DNA from: a virus
Lineage: Duplodnaviria; Caudoviricetes
IMG/VR virus record: IMGVR_UViG_3300046009_000864
Location: 1 to 29,953 of that record
Strand: one strand, 5' to 3'
DNA length: 29,953 nucleotides
Each line of letters begins with the position of its first letter. Position 1 is the first letter of the stretch. The position numbers and the translations under genes are program-made. The notes below the pieces were generated by a model. That model was not told the DNA's origin. It did not search any database and was given only the letters and a program-made list of their open reading frames with translations. Shown in pieces: positions 1 through 8,505 of this stretch.

Positions 1-1
1 G

Positions 2-280
2 CATTCTGAGCTGATCGCAAAAGCAAAAGCAGAGCGGGTTTATCTTGAAGAATTTCGTAAGGTAAAAAAAGCCCTGCTTATGCAAGACATGGAAGGATCA
101 GTTGCAGCTCAAGAACGTGATGCTTACGCTCATGAGGATTACCAAGAGCTTCTAAAAGAGCTTAAAAAGGCTGTAGAGCAAGAAGAAGCTCTTAGATGGA
201 AGATGATCTCAGCCCAGGCTCACATCGAGGTCTGGAGGTCTCAGGAAGCGTCTAACAGAGCGGAGATGAAACTTGTATAG
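2..280 (+). CDS. Hypothetical phage coiled-coil protein, 5'-truncated by the window edge
   Basis: The frame is open from position 2 (HSELIAKAKAERVYLEEFRKVKKALLM...) into the listed 80..280 ORF. It is helical and charged, and its stop overlaps the next gene. Confidence 0.7.
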   Translation, partial: HSELIAKAKAERVYLEEFRKVKKALLMQDMEGSVAAQERDAYAHEDYQELLKELKKAVEQEEALRWKMISAQAHIEVWRSQEASNRAEMKLV

Positions 281-560
281 GAATCAGAAACTACTGGAAA
301 CCGTTCGTGAGTTTGAGTGTGTTTTGTGCGGCGCGGAAGATGGAACCGTCGTGGCCGCGCATTCCAACCAGCTACGCGACGGAAAGGGTAAAGGGATAAA
401 GGCTCACGATTACAGGATTGCCGCCCTGTGTTATCGCTGTCATATGGCTATAGACCAAGGGCATCGGATGAACAAACAAGAGAAAGAAGCAATGTGGGAA
501 GAAGCCCACCGCAAAACAATCGGGTTTTTATTTGAAAGAGGAAAGTTATGGGTTCAGTAA
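273..560 (+). CDS. DUF1364/Ref-like Zn-finger His-Me nuclease
   Basis: CVLC...AAHSN...GKGKGIKAHD...CYRCH pattern (CxxC, AH, CxxCH). TTG start overlapping the upstream stop. Confidence 0.7.
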   Translation: MYRNQKLLETVREFECVLCGAEDGTVVAAHSNQLRDGKGKGIKAHDYRIAALCYRCHMAIDQGHRMNKQEKEAMWEEAHRKTIGFLFERGKLWVQ

Positions 561-919
561 ATAAAGCGATAGTGATTGGTAATGCCGGTAAAGATCCAGA
601 GACCAAATACACGGATGCAGGGGTTGCGGTTTGTACTCTGGTGTTAGCAACGAAACATTCCTGGAAGCAACAAGACGGTACACGCCAGGAAAAGACAGAA
701 TGGCATCGCATTGTCTTTTGGGGAAAGCTGGCTGAGATTGTCGATAAGTATGTAAAGAAAGGGTCTCAGGTTTACGTCGAGGGCAGGATAGAAACCCGAA
801 AATGGACAGACAAAAATGGTCACGATAAGTACACAACCGAGATCGTTGCTGACCAAATGCAAATGCTAAGCGGCAGACCAAAAGCCGAGGTTGATAACGA
901 TGCTGAGGTTCCGTTCTAA
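548..919 (+). CDS. ssb: Single-stranded DNA-binding protein
   Basis: VNKAIVIGNAGKDPE, TEWHRIVFWGKLAE and KGSQVYVEGRIETRKW motifs, with an acidic C-terminal tail ending EVPF. Confidence 0.97.
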   Translation: MGSVNKAIVIGNAGKDPETKYTDAGVAVCTLVLATKHSWKQQDGTRQEKTEWHRIVFWGKLAEIVDKYVKKGSQVYVEGRIETRKWTDKNGHDKYTTEIVADQMQMLSGRPKAEVDNDAEVPF

Positions 920-1509
920 TGGAGCAAGGAACCGAGGAATGGAAACTCGCCCGTCTTGGTAAAGTTACGGCATCTAGAGTATCGGATGCTCGTGCTAAAG
1001 CCGGAACCGCAACGAGAGCGAACTATATAGCTGACATCATTACAGAGCGTCTTACAGGCTCGCCAATCGAGTCTTTTACGAACGCTTATATGGAATGGGG
1101 AACGGCAAACGAACCGCTAGCAAGGGCTGCGTATGAAATCAGAACAAGCATCTGGGTTGAGCAGGTTGCTATTGTTGACCATCCTACGATTGCATCGTTT
1201 GCAGCGTCGCCTGATGGTCTTGTTTGGACGGACGGGTTACTCGAAATTAAATGCCCGAAAACGTCTACGCATCTAAATTGGATGATGAAGGGAACCGTTC
1301 CTTCCGAACATAAGAATCAGATGCTTGCTCAGCTCGCATGTACAGGTAGAAAGTGGGTTGATTTTGTATCGTTTGACCCACGCTTGCCTGAGCATTTACA
1401 GATGTTTGTGGTTAGGTTCGAGCCAGATCCCAAAGACATTGCCGATTTAGAAGCAGACGTAATGACTTTTTTAACGGAAGTTGACACAATGCAAAGGAAA
1501 TTAGGATGA
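919..1509 (+). CDS. YqaJ/lambda-exonuclease family recombination nuclease
   Basis: EQGTEEWKLARLGKVTAS, MEWGTANEPLAR, AASPDGL, LEIKCP (PD-(D/E)xK) and FVSFDPRLP motifs. Confidence 0.93.
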   Translation: MEQGTEEWKLARLGKVTASRVSDARAKAGTATRANYIADIITERLTGSPIESFTNAYMEWGTANEPLARAAYEIRTSIWVEQVAIVDHPTIASFAASPDGLVWTDGLLEIKCPKTSTHLNWMMKGTVPSEHKNQMLAQLACTGRKWVDFVSFDPRLPEHLQMFVVRFEPDPKDIADLEADVMTFLTEVDTMQRKLG

Positions 1510-1697
1510 GCTGGAGAGATTTGATTGCAGAGCAAAGAACGCCAAGAACCTTTAAGCCCGTCGAAGAGATCTGGCGACAGTACGGCTGGAAGCCGCCATC
1601 AACAGAATGCGAAGACACCATCGAAAAACATAAAGCATTTCGAGCGTGGAGCCTCGGAGAACTGGCTCTCAATCATCAAGGAAGTGAAGAGCAGTGA
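1506..1697 (+). CDS. Small hypothetical phage protein (63 aa)
   Basis: ATGA overlap with the exonuclease stop suggests translational coupling. Contains IWRQYGWKPPST. Confidence 0.6.
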   Translation: MSWRDLIAEQRTPRTFKPVEEIWRQYGWKPPSTECEDTIEKHKAFRAWSLGELALNHQGSEEQ

Positions 1698-1929
1698 TCG
1701 ACAGGAAATTTCGGCAGCTTATGAGAAGGCTATGCCGCTTGTCGTCGAGGATTGGGCTCACTGGCTTTTATCGAAGCCTAAAACTCGGCGGCTTCCTCTG
1801 ATTGAGTTAATAGCAAAACATCACGGTGACTCGGTAGGCGATATGGTCAAACGTAAACTTACCGAGCTACACCACGCGTCTTTTCAAAACTCCGCATTCC
1901 AGCAATCCCCAACATCCCGGAAAGAATAA
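1525..1929 (+). CDS. Hypothetical protein; true start uncertain (possibly GTG 1684 or ATG 1732)
   Basis: The C-terminal half looks like amphipathic helices and fills 1698-1858, which is otherwise empty. The 5' part overlaps the previous ORF and the 3' end overlaps the holin convergently. Confidence 0.45.
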   Translation: MQSKERQEPLSPSKRSGDSTAGSRHQQNAKTPSKNIKHFERGASENWLSIIKEVKSSDRQEISAAYEKAMPLVVEDWAHWLLSKPKTRRLPLIELIAKHHGDSVGDMVKRKLTELHHASFQNSAFQQSPTSRKE

Positions 1930-2272
1930 CCCACAAAGCCTCGGTGTCTAACATGGGCGGAGGCTTTACTTCTTGCGGAACGATTTGCTCTGCTTGCATC
2001 CACGTCCAAGACCAAACTAGTAGCGGGTACGCAAGAAACTGGTAGGCCATAGCTGCTGCCCCAACCCATCCTATCGCTGGCCTCCAACCGGCAACAAATA
2101 AGTTTTGGTTTTGCGCCTCGGTCTTATTGACCTCCATCTGCGCTAGATCGGTTGCTTGATCTATACGCTTACCCTCTAACTCCAGCTCTATACGCTCTTT
2201 GTCAGTGGTTATAAGGTCGCTAGCGACTTTTCCCACAGAGTCAATGATTGCGCCTATGCCTAGCGGGTTCAT
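1859..2272 (-). CDS. 3-TM (GTA-type) holin
   Basis: FVAGWRPAIGWV and SGMLGIAGMRSFEK motifs with hydrophobic segments. Start placed at ATG 2272 (ATGA overlap with the endolysin stop) rather than 2296. Confidence 0.85.
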   Translation of the reverse strand: MNPLGIGAIIDSVGKVASDLITTDKERIELELEGKRIDQATDLAQMEVNKTEAQNQNLFVAGWRPAIGWVGAAAMAYQFLAYPLLVWSWTWMQAEQIVPQEVKPPPMLDTEALWVILSGMLGIAGMRSFEKTRGVAR

Positions 2273-2763
2273 AGCCTTAGCGCTCGATTTAGCCAACCAA
2301 GCAGAAACTTAATCTGGCTTCTATCTCGCTGAACAATGTCTCGGTATCGAGCAATCTTTGCCAGCGCGTAATGAGCAATGAAAAGCTCTTCTGACATGCC
2401 GTTGAGAGCTAATATGGTCTTTGGGCCTATAACGCCATCAGGAGCTGTTTTAGCAACAATCTGAGCGAGCTTGACTGCGACCGATACGCCAGCATTAACA
2501 CCAAAGTTAAAGATGGATTGAGCAATAGCAGGATTAAGCTCATCGCCGCGTATGGGATTCCAATAGTTCGTTCGGTAAAAGTCTCTGACTAGCTCTGTAG
2601 GCGGCGTTTCTTTTGCGTCTATAAACGCCCATCCAGCCCATTGCGGATTCTTGTTTCTTGCAATGCCTGCGTAAGTTGTTCCGCCGGTATCGCCGGGGAT
2701 CGTGTGAAGGATATAGCCGCCTTCATCGACCATCATCTTGTCGTATGCTGTTTCAAAACTCAT
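2269..2763 (-). CDS. Endolysin, glycoside hydrolase family 108 with C-terminal PG-binding_3-like region
   Basis: EGGY catalytic motif, DTGGTTYAGI, FNFGVNAG, DGVIGPKT and FLLGWLNR. Confidence 0.92.
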   Translation of the reverse strand: MSFETAYDKMMVDEGGYILHTIPGDTGGTTYAGIARNKNPQWAGWAFIDAKETPPTELVRDFYRTNYWNPIRGDELNPAIAQSIFNFGVNAGVSVAVKLAQIVAKTAPDGVIGPKTILALNGMSEELFIAHYALAKIARYRDIVQRDRSQIKFLLGWLNRALRL

Positions 2764-2993
2764 TTGTCTTGCTTAGAATCTAACTTGTCGAAGATCTTGC
2801 CAAGCATGACTTTGATTTCATGTATGTCTGCCTCATAGTCTTTTTTCAACGCATAACTATGCGGTAAATCTTTTTCCAGGTCTCTGAGATCACGCTGCAT
2901 CTCTTTCACGGCTTCCCAAATGATCCGAAAGATCCAGCCAAAAAGAGCTGAAACAGCGCCGAAAGCGATATTAAGCAGCGTTTGCGATTCCAT
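2760..2993 (-). CDS. Small membrane protein (N-terminal TM plus coiled coil), possible holin or antiholin
   Basis: LLNIAFGAVSALFGWIFRIIW hydrophobic segment followed by a charged heptad region, directly upstream of the endolysin. Start ATG 2993 preferred; the ORF track gives 3026. Confidence 0.65.
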   Translation of the reverse strand: MESQTLLNIAFGAVSALFGWIFRIIWEAVKEMQRDLRDLEKDLPHSYALKKDYEADIHEIKVMLGKIFDKLDSKQDK

Positions 2994-4521
2994 AATATTC
3001 AAGATTCCTAGCGAGTCGTTCATCATCCGGCGATAAATCTACCGCCGCCTGCCCGTATCGTATCGCTTCGTCTTTGAGCCCAAGATTGTGGGCAGAGATT
3101 GCTGCCAGATCATAAGGCTTAGATCCCCATACTTCAGGATCGCAGGTATAAACCAACTGCTTGTCTTTGATCTCTAAAGCCATTGTAGCCGCGTGAAAAC
3201 ATTCTTTCCACATATGCTTTGAGTAAAAAGACATGGCCGCGTCTACCCAAGGTTCACGCGTTCCAGGAGCCTCGGCTACGGCCATTCGGTACCACTTGAG
3301 CGCCTCCCAATGCTCGCCTCTTGCGTCATGAGATTTACCTAGCAAACGCATTGCATAGCAACGCTCGTTAGGCCAATCTGCTTTTGGATTGTCTAGGTAA
3401 GTATGCAAGGCTTGGATGGCCTCATCCCAAAGATTATAGAAAGTAAGCTCACGCGCAAAGTAAAAAGCGTTCCTTGGGCAATGCGGATCTTCTTTTACTG
3501 CCATCCTAAGCAGGTCAAGATACTGCCCACGGCTTTTAGTCGGATCTGGATGATGAGAAACTAAAAGCCTGTCAGTATGCGCGTAAACCTCTTTTGTTCT
3601 CAAATCCGGCCTTGGGTATTCGTGAATCGGGTGATGCCAGTGGTATCCAATTCTGTGATGAATCTTTTCATAATAGAAAAGAATGTTATGCCCCCAATCA
3701 AACTTGTAGCGCAGCCTAGTTGTTTCAGGCTCCCATACCCGCTCGATTTCCTCCCGCCAGCCGGGCTCCATAACCTCGTCTATGTCTAACGATATGCAAA
3801 CATCGTAATCGCTAGGAATAAGGCAAAGCGCCGTATCTCGCGCTATATCAAATCGCCACGGCTTGACTGATATGTCATAAACCGTAACGCCACATTCTCT
3901 AGCAAGGCTTGCAGTTCTATCTGTTGATCCGGTATCGGCTAACAAAACAAGATCTGCATCCTTACACGAATCTGACCATCGCTTAACAAATTGCTCTTCG
4001 TTTTTTGAGATTGCGTAGATGCAAATTTTTAAGTTGCGATATACAAAAACACCGATTTCGCCTTCTTGATGCTCTTGCCAAGGCTTGCCAAACGTCTCTA
4101 TAAATTCAGCCTGTGACCAGTTGTCAGTGACATGCTTTTCGTAAGGATTACCCTCGTATTCGTCTTGAGGGTAATGGCCGAGCGGAATGCTAACAATGAC
4201 GTATTTGGATTTCTTGCATTTGTCGAGAAGCGCTTTTGCTTCGTCTTTAGACATATGCTCAAGAACATCTCCAAGTATTACCAGATCATAAACACCGAAA
4301 TCTATGTCTCTAGCATCGCCGCAGATTACTTCGTCATAAAGGCTTTTAAGGTTAAACCGCTCAATATTTGGCTGCCAAATCTCTATAGCTGTCCAATGGC
4401 CCCCGCTCTTAACGCGAGCATATGTTCCGCTGCCAGCGCCTATATCTAAAACTTTTTGCGGGTTAATGCGCTTTATTAATTCTATTGTGTATTGTTTGCC
4501 ATTAGAGCTTGAATAAGGCAT
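2971..4521 (-). CDS. Fusion of class I SAM methyltransferase, GT2 (GT-A) glycosyltransferase and TPR-like repeats
   Basis: N-terminal VLDIGAGSG and YDLVILGDVLEH. Central ICIYAISKNEE, DTGSTDRT, FDIARD, LDIDE (DxD) and WHHPIHE. C-terminal helical repeats (RNAFYFARE, EALKWYRMAV, EAIRYGQAAVDLSP). Confidence 0.9.
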   Translation of the reverse strand: MPYSSSNGKQYTIELIKRINPQKVLDIGAGSGTYARVKSGGHWTAIEIWQPNIERFNLKSLYDEVICGDARDIDFGVYDLVILGDVLEHMSKDEAKALLDKCKKSKYVIVSIPLGHYPQDEYEGNPYEKHVTDNWSQAEFIETFGKPWQEHQEGEIGVFVYRNLKICIYAISKNEEQFVKRWSDSCKDADLVLLADTGSTDRTASLARECGVTVYDISVKPWRFDIARDTALCLIPSDYDVCISLDIDEVMEPGWREEIERVWEPETTRLRYKFDWGHNILFYYEKIHHRIGYHWHHPIHEYPRPDLRTKEVYAHTDRLLVSHHPDPTKSRGQYLDLLRMAVKEDPHCPRNAFYFARELTFYNLWDEAIQALHTYLDNPKADWPNERCYAMRLLGKSHDARGEHWEALKWYRMAVAEAPGTREPWVDAAMSFYSKHMWKECFHAATMALEIKDKQLVYTCDPEVWGSKPYDLAAISAHNLGLKDEAIRYGQAAVDLSPDDERLARNLEYYGIANAA

Positions 4522-4535
4522 GTTTTATCCTATTA

Positions 4536-5213
4536 TTAAAACGGCCCGCCTGGAGACATGTAAACACCCGTGTTTGTCGTGGCTGTCGTTCCGTTTACTT
4601 CGTTGAGAACCGTACTTTTTTGAAATGTTAAAAGTTTTGTCTGCGCTGTAACTGGCAACAATCCTGTAGGAACGGTTGTAGATGTAAACCCTGACCCTAC
4701 ATTAAGCCTAAAGGAAGCCATAAGGCCAAAAAGATAGTTGGTAGTTAGCGTGTTGATACCCGCTCCAAATTTGTTATTAGGAAATGAAAGAGACCATGTA
4801 ACGGATGCGTCGCTTGCAACTTGTGTTGAGTTGATAAACATTCTTGTCGTTCCGCTAACCCTAGAGACAGCGATGTAATACCAAGTTCCCGTGTTAACAG
4901 TAGACGAAGATGTAAGCGTTACCGCGCCGCTGGCATTTCCAAATCGAGCAATAATATTTCTTGTGTTGTTAATTGTTACCTGTAATCCGGCTGAGTTTGC
5001 CTGATACCCGGCGTCAAAAATACAGTCTTGAGAGGCAGAAGGAGGGCTTACGGATTGATTGAGAAAAAACTCAACCGAGAAATCATTACTGCCAGGGCTA
5101 AGATCCGTAGTATTAAAAATACAATATTCGCCGTTTAAGAAAGTAGCGTAATAAGGTTGAGCCTGTTGATTGCTAAGAGGCTTAAGACATCCGTAAGAAG
5201 AGAGAATCGGCAT
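4536..5213 (-). CDS. LamG/concanavalin A-like domain virion protein
   Basis: DFSVEFF, TGTWYYIAVSRVSGTTRMFIN and GLMASFRL match the LamG_3 pattern. Ser/Thr-rich. Confidence 0.82.
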   Translation of the reverse strand: MPILSSYGCLKPLSNQQAQPYYATFLNGEYCIFNTTDLSPGSNDFSVEFFLNQSVSPPSASQDCIFDAGYQANSAGLQVTINNTRNIIARFGNASGAVTLTSSSTVNTGTWYYIAVSRVSGTTRMFINSTQVASDASVTWSLSFPNNKFGAGINTLTTNYLFGLMASFRLNVGSGFTSTTVPTGLLPVTAQTKLLTFQKSTVLNEVNGTTATTNTGVYMSPGGPF

Positions 5214-5677
5214 TATGCGTACCGAGATTGGCTAGCAAAAACAGTGTATGCCGCGCTGCCCGTTTTAATTACGGTATAAGTGTAAACATCTACTCCGTTG
5301 ATATTGCCAGCGCTTGGCGCAGATCCGCCTAACCATTTAGGCGTTACAGAGGCTCCGTCAATAGTTACCGCTGAGTTATAGTAAGCCGTTGCGCCTTGGG
5401 TTACTAAAAACGTCATGGTTACGCTCTGGCCGGTTGCCATCATGGAATTCAGCGTTGTTCCTGAATTACCTCGAATGTTTACCGTCCAATTGGCAGACGC
5501 GTTACTGGTGTAGTACAGGATTGACTGCGTTGATAGATCGTAATTGATCGTACCTGTTGCAGCCGTTGCGCTAATTGTTACCTTCTCAAGCGCAGCCGCC
5601 AGAGTTGTTTGGATAACACCGCTTACAACACCTAGTGATAGCGTGTTGACGTTTGCGCCGGTAATCTTGGTTGTCAT
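5213..5677 (-). CDS. Putative tail fibre/appendage beta-sandwich protein
   Basis: Thr/Ser/Gly-rich beta-strand pattern (VTPKWLGGSAPS, GVDVYTYTVIKTG) within the fibre module, with coupled start/stop overlaps. Confidence 0.6.
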   Translation of the reverse strand: MTTKITGANVNTLSLGVVSGVIQTTLAAALEKVTISATAATGTINYDLSTQSILYYTSNASANWTVNIRGNSGTTLNSMMATGQSVTMTFLVTQGATAYYNSAVTIDGASVTPKWLGGSAPSAGNINGVDVYTYTVIKTGSAAYTVFASQSRYA

Positions 5678-5991
5678 GCTAGCGTTCCTATTTGATCGGT
5701 TGTTACGCTTGCGATTTGATCTGTTGCTAGGATTTGCTCAATAACCAAATTTTCCTCTATTACGGCTTGTGGCCATGCGCTCTCTACCCAAGCCCTGTCT
5801 GCATGGTTCCAATTCCACTGATAACCTGGGCGATCTTCTGGCTTAGGGTCTCTGATGATCCACTCCCAGTTTAGCCATACAAGGTTCTTTCCTTCCGGTA
5901 TATCTGTAGGAGGCTCTGGAGCATGTTGCCATCCCGCTGTACTGTCAGGCAATGTTGTTGGAATAGACCCGTTCTTTGTCCAGTGTTGCAT
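5674..5991 (-). CDS. Trp/Pro-rich small protein, possible tail fibre assembly factor
   Basis: PEPPTDIPEG...WLNWEW and PKPEDRPGYQWNW...W internal duplication, directly after the large LamG gene. Confidence 0.5.
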   Translation of the reverse strand: MQHWTKNGSIPTTLPDSTAGWQHAPEPPTDIPEGKNLVWLNWEWIIRDPKPEDRPGYQWNWNHADRAWVESAWPQAVIEENLVIEQILATDQIASVTTDQIGTLA

Positions 5992-6000
5992 GGTCTAGTC

Positions 6001-8115
6001 CTATATAACAGGGAATGCTGTAGTTGGAATGGTCGTAACAGTTCTTGCGTAGCCGTTTGTGATGCGAACGTCTTGCATGTAACCGCTGAACAAACTGCCT
6101 CCAGTTCTATCAGCTCCAATGTACATAGACGATGTTTGCGTAAAGTCTGTACTTACAGTACCCGTACCATCATTTACGCCGCCAATGTAAATCTTAGTCT
6201 GATTTGCTCCGGTTCCTTCTCGAACCACAGCAATATACGTCCAATTATTTGCGGAAATCGTTCCCGTAGAAGTAATCGTGCTAGTTCCGTAAGTAAACAC
6301 TACCTGATTGCTTGTATTTAACGAAACTAGCCAGCCTGTTGTCGATGTTCCTTTTGCAACCAAGCCTCTAGCCGATCCTGTTGCAGCAAGCCTTATCCAT
6401 AGCTCTATAGTGAAAGGAGCAGTGCCAAATCTTTGAATAGGCTGATCTGCTTGTATCCAAAGATAGTCAGTCCCTGTTCCGTCAAAATAAATACTACTAC
6501 CGCCGAACTGTGATTGCGCTGTGCTAATCCGTACACCGTTAACCGTGTTGTCTAGCGTCTCCAAGTCATTCTTACTGGTAGCATCGTAGATACCGGCGTT
6601 GGTGAAGTTGAGTAATAGGGATAATGATCCTGCTGTTAATGAATCTGAACTTGTTGTAGGTGTTGATGGTGGTGTAAATATCGCAGTACCAGACGTTGTG
6701 CTAGATGTTGAGAACAGTGTAGGTATGCCACCTTTGGTCAATCGTAAATTTGAGATATATCCGTTAGAAGTCGCGGAGCTCCACGCCGCGCCTACTAATA
6801 TATTTGTTTGACGGGAAAAGTTCGTAGATACCGTTGGCGGCGAACGATCCAGAACCCCATTTACAAAAAGTCTTAATTCATTTGATACGCGAGTGACTGC
6901 AACGTGATACCAAGTGTTCCCGTTTAGCGTTGTTGCTCCTTCATAAGCGGTAAAAGTAACTCCAACCGAATAAGCAAATGTCAATTTCCCTGTTGCTCTT
7001 CTATAAATAACAAACCCGCTTTGATCATCGTCTGCGTTTCGAGTATCAAAAATGAAGAATGGTGTACTTGATGAGGTATTTGTGTATATCCAGCAATCAA
7101 GAGAAAAATCAGACGTCCCAACTGCTAAAGCAACATTACTTGGAGCGCCTAAAGAATCCCCATTCCCATCAAAATACCCGCTACCTCCGTTGATAGATGC
7201 TATCCACGGTAGCGTTGGGTTGAATGGGGAGAAGGCGACTACGGATGGAGTACCTGTAACAGATATGTTTGTGTATGCTGCCGTACTATCTGTGTACTGA
7301 AAACGATTCAAGTTCAGCGATAAGAAAATCGTATTAGCGTCGGCGGTCAATGCCGTCGTTGGCGTACTTGAAATAGTCCTGTTTGTGTTGCTAAGACGCA
7401 AGTTTGATATATAGCCATTGGCAAAGTTTGTTGTGCTTCTGTCTGCTCCAATTAACATATTAGATGTTTGATTGAAGTTTGTTGCAGATGTGCCAGTACC
7501 GTCAGAAGTTCCGTTGACATACAACGTTGTTTGATTTGCACTAGTTCCAGCGCGAACAACAGCAACGTAAGTCCATGTATTAGCGGCAATAGAAGTGGCT
7601 CCAGTAATGCTTGTACTGGTGTCCGTAAAAACAAGTTTGTCAGCAGAACTTATTTGAAACACCCATCCTGTAGGTGTTGACGCACCTTTGCTTGCTATGG
7701 TCTGGGTTGCTCCGCTTGCGTTTCTATAGACCCATGCTTCTATCGTAAAGTTTGACGAACCGAAACGAAGGTTTGCAGTATCTGTAACTGTCAAATAAGT
7801 TGTGCTTGTATTGAAAGCGCCGCCCCACCCAGTCTGTGAGAACGGGCTAAACGTGCCCTGTGTCGTATTGCCGTTGCGGGTGATGGTGAAGTTATTGGTA
7901 GAACCGTCTAAGAACGTATTGTTATTCGCACCATCCGTACCGTTGCCAGGAAGCAGTAACGTGGTGTATTCGAAATAAGGATCTGTGGTTAATGCTAACG
8001 GCCACGCTCCCCTACCCTGCGCTTGCTGCTGCTCTCGTAAAGACCAAACGCCAGAAGCGGTTGTGATCGTCGGTACGTTAGCTGGCCCGATAATTCCGCC
8101 GTTACCGATAGGCAT
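6001..8115 (-). CDS. Triple LamG-domain putative receptor-binding protein (about 704 aa)
   Basis: Three copies of F(T/S)(I/L)(E/D)xW...(T/N)W(T/Y)x(V/I)AVxR...GY(I/M)xx(L/V)R. Start placed at ATG 8115 (TGATG overlap with the upstream stop); the ORF track gives 8139. Confidence 0.88.
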   Translation of the reverse strand: MPIGNGGIIGPANVPTITTASGVWSLREQQQAQGRGAWPLALTTDPYFEYTTLLLPGNGTDGANNNTFLDGSTNNFTITRNGNTTQGTFSPFSQTGWGGAFNTSTTYLTVTDTANLRFGSSNFTIEAWVYRNASGATQTIASKGASTPTGWVFQISSADKLVFTDTSTSITGATSIAANTWTYVAVVRAGTSANQTTLYVNGTSDGTGTSATNFNQTSNMLIGADRSTTNFANGYISNLRLSNTNRTISSTPTTALTADANTIFLSLNLNRFQYTDSTAAYTNISVTGTPSVVAFSPFNPTLPWIASINGGSGYFDGNGDSLGAPSNVALAVGTSDFSLDCWIYTNTSSSTPFFIFDTRNADDDQSGFVIYRRATGKLTFAYSVGVTFTAYEGATTLNGNTWYHVAVTRVSNELRLFVNGVLDRSPPTVSTNFSRQTNILVGAAWSSATSNGYISNLRLTKGGIPTLFSTSSTTSGTAIFTPPSTPTTSSDSLTAGSLSLLLNFTNAGIYDATSKNDLETLDNTVNGVRISTAQSQFGGSSIYFDGTGTDYLWIQADQPIQRFGTAPFTIELWIRLAATGSARGLVAKGTSTTGWLVSLNTSNQVVFTYGTSTITSTGTISANNWTYIAVVREGTGANQTKIYIGGVNDGTGTVSTDFTQTSSMYIGADRTGGSLFSGYMQDVRITNGYARTVTTIPTTAFPVI

Positions 8116-8504
8116 CAGGAAATCTCCTCGTAAGAGCAAACAACCTGTATTTCTCCGCTTGCAAACCCAGAAGCGCCAACCGTAATGCCAATGCTCCGGT
8201 CTTCTTCCAAATACACATAGGCTTCTTTGTCGATTACAACCAACGTTGCATCAGCAGGAACCGTGGCGGTAGAAATAATTGGAACCGCTGTACCTACAAG
8301 CCCCGCCTGTGGGTAGTAATTAACGGTTACTTCTAAACCTAATGTTCCGTCAACGTTAGCAACGTAAAGCGCATTGATCTTTAGAACCTTGCCCGAAGAT
8401 GCTGCGTTGCTCAGAATAGACGTAGCCGTTGCCGCCGTTGTAACAAGCGTCGTGGTTGTCTTTCCCGTGATTGTTGTCGGTGATACTAAATTTGGCGCTG
8501 CCAT
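8115..8504 (-). CDS. Small virion beta-sandwich protein, putative fibre-tip adaptor
   Basis: 129 aa, beta-rich. Starts 2 nt after the collagen fibre stop and is coupled to the LamG gene. Confidence 0.6.
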   Translation of the reverse strand: MAAPNLVSPTTITGKTTTTLVTTAATATSILSNAASSGKVLKINALYVANVDGTLGLEVTVNYYPQAGLVGTAVPIISTATVPADATLVVIDKEAYVYLEEDRSIGITVGASGFASGEIQVVCSYEEIS

Positions 8505-8505
8505 A

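Noticed and set aside
4536-8115. Diversity-generating retroelement or invertible tail-fibre cassette
   Set aside because: No reverse transcriptase or invertase is in the window, and no near-identical template/variable repeat pair or flanking inverted repeats were seen. LamG copies are similar mainly at protein level.
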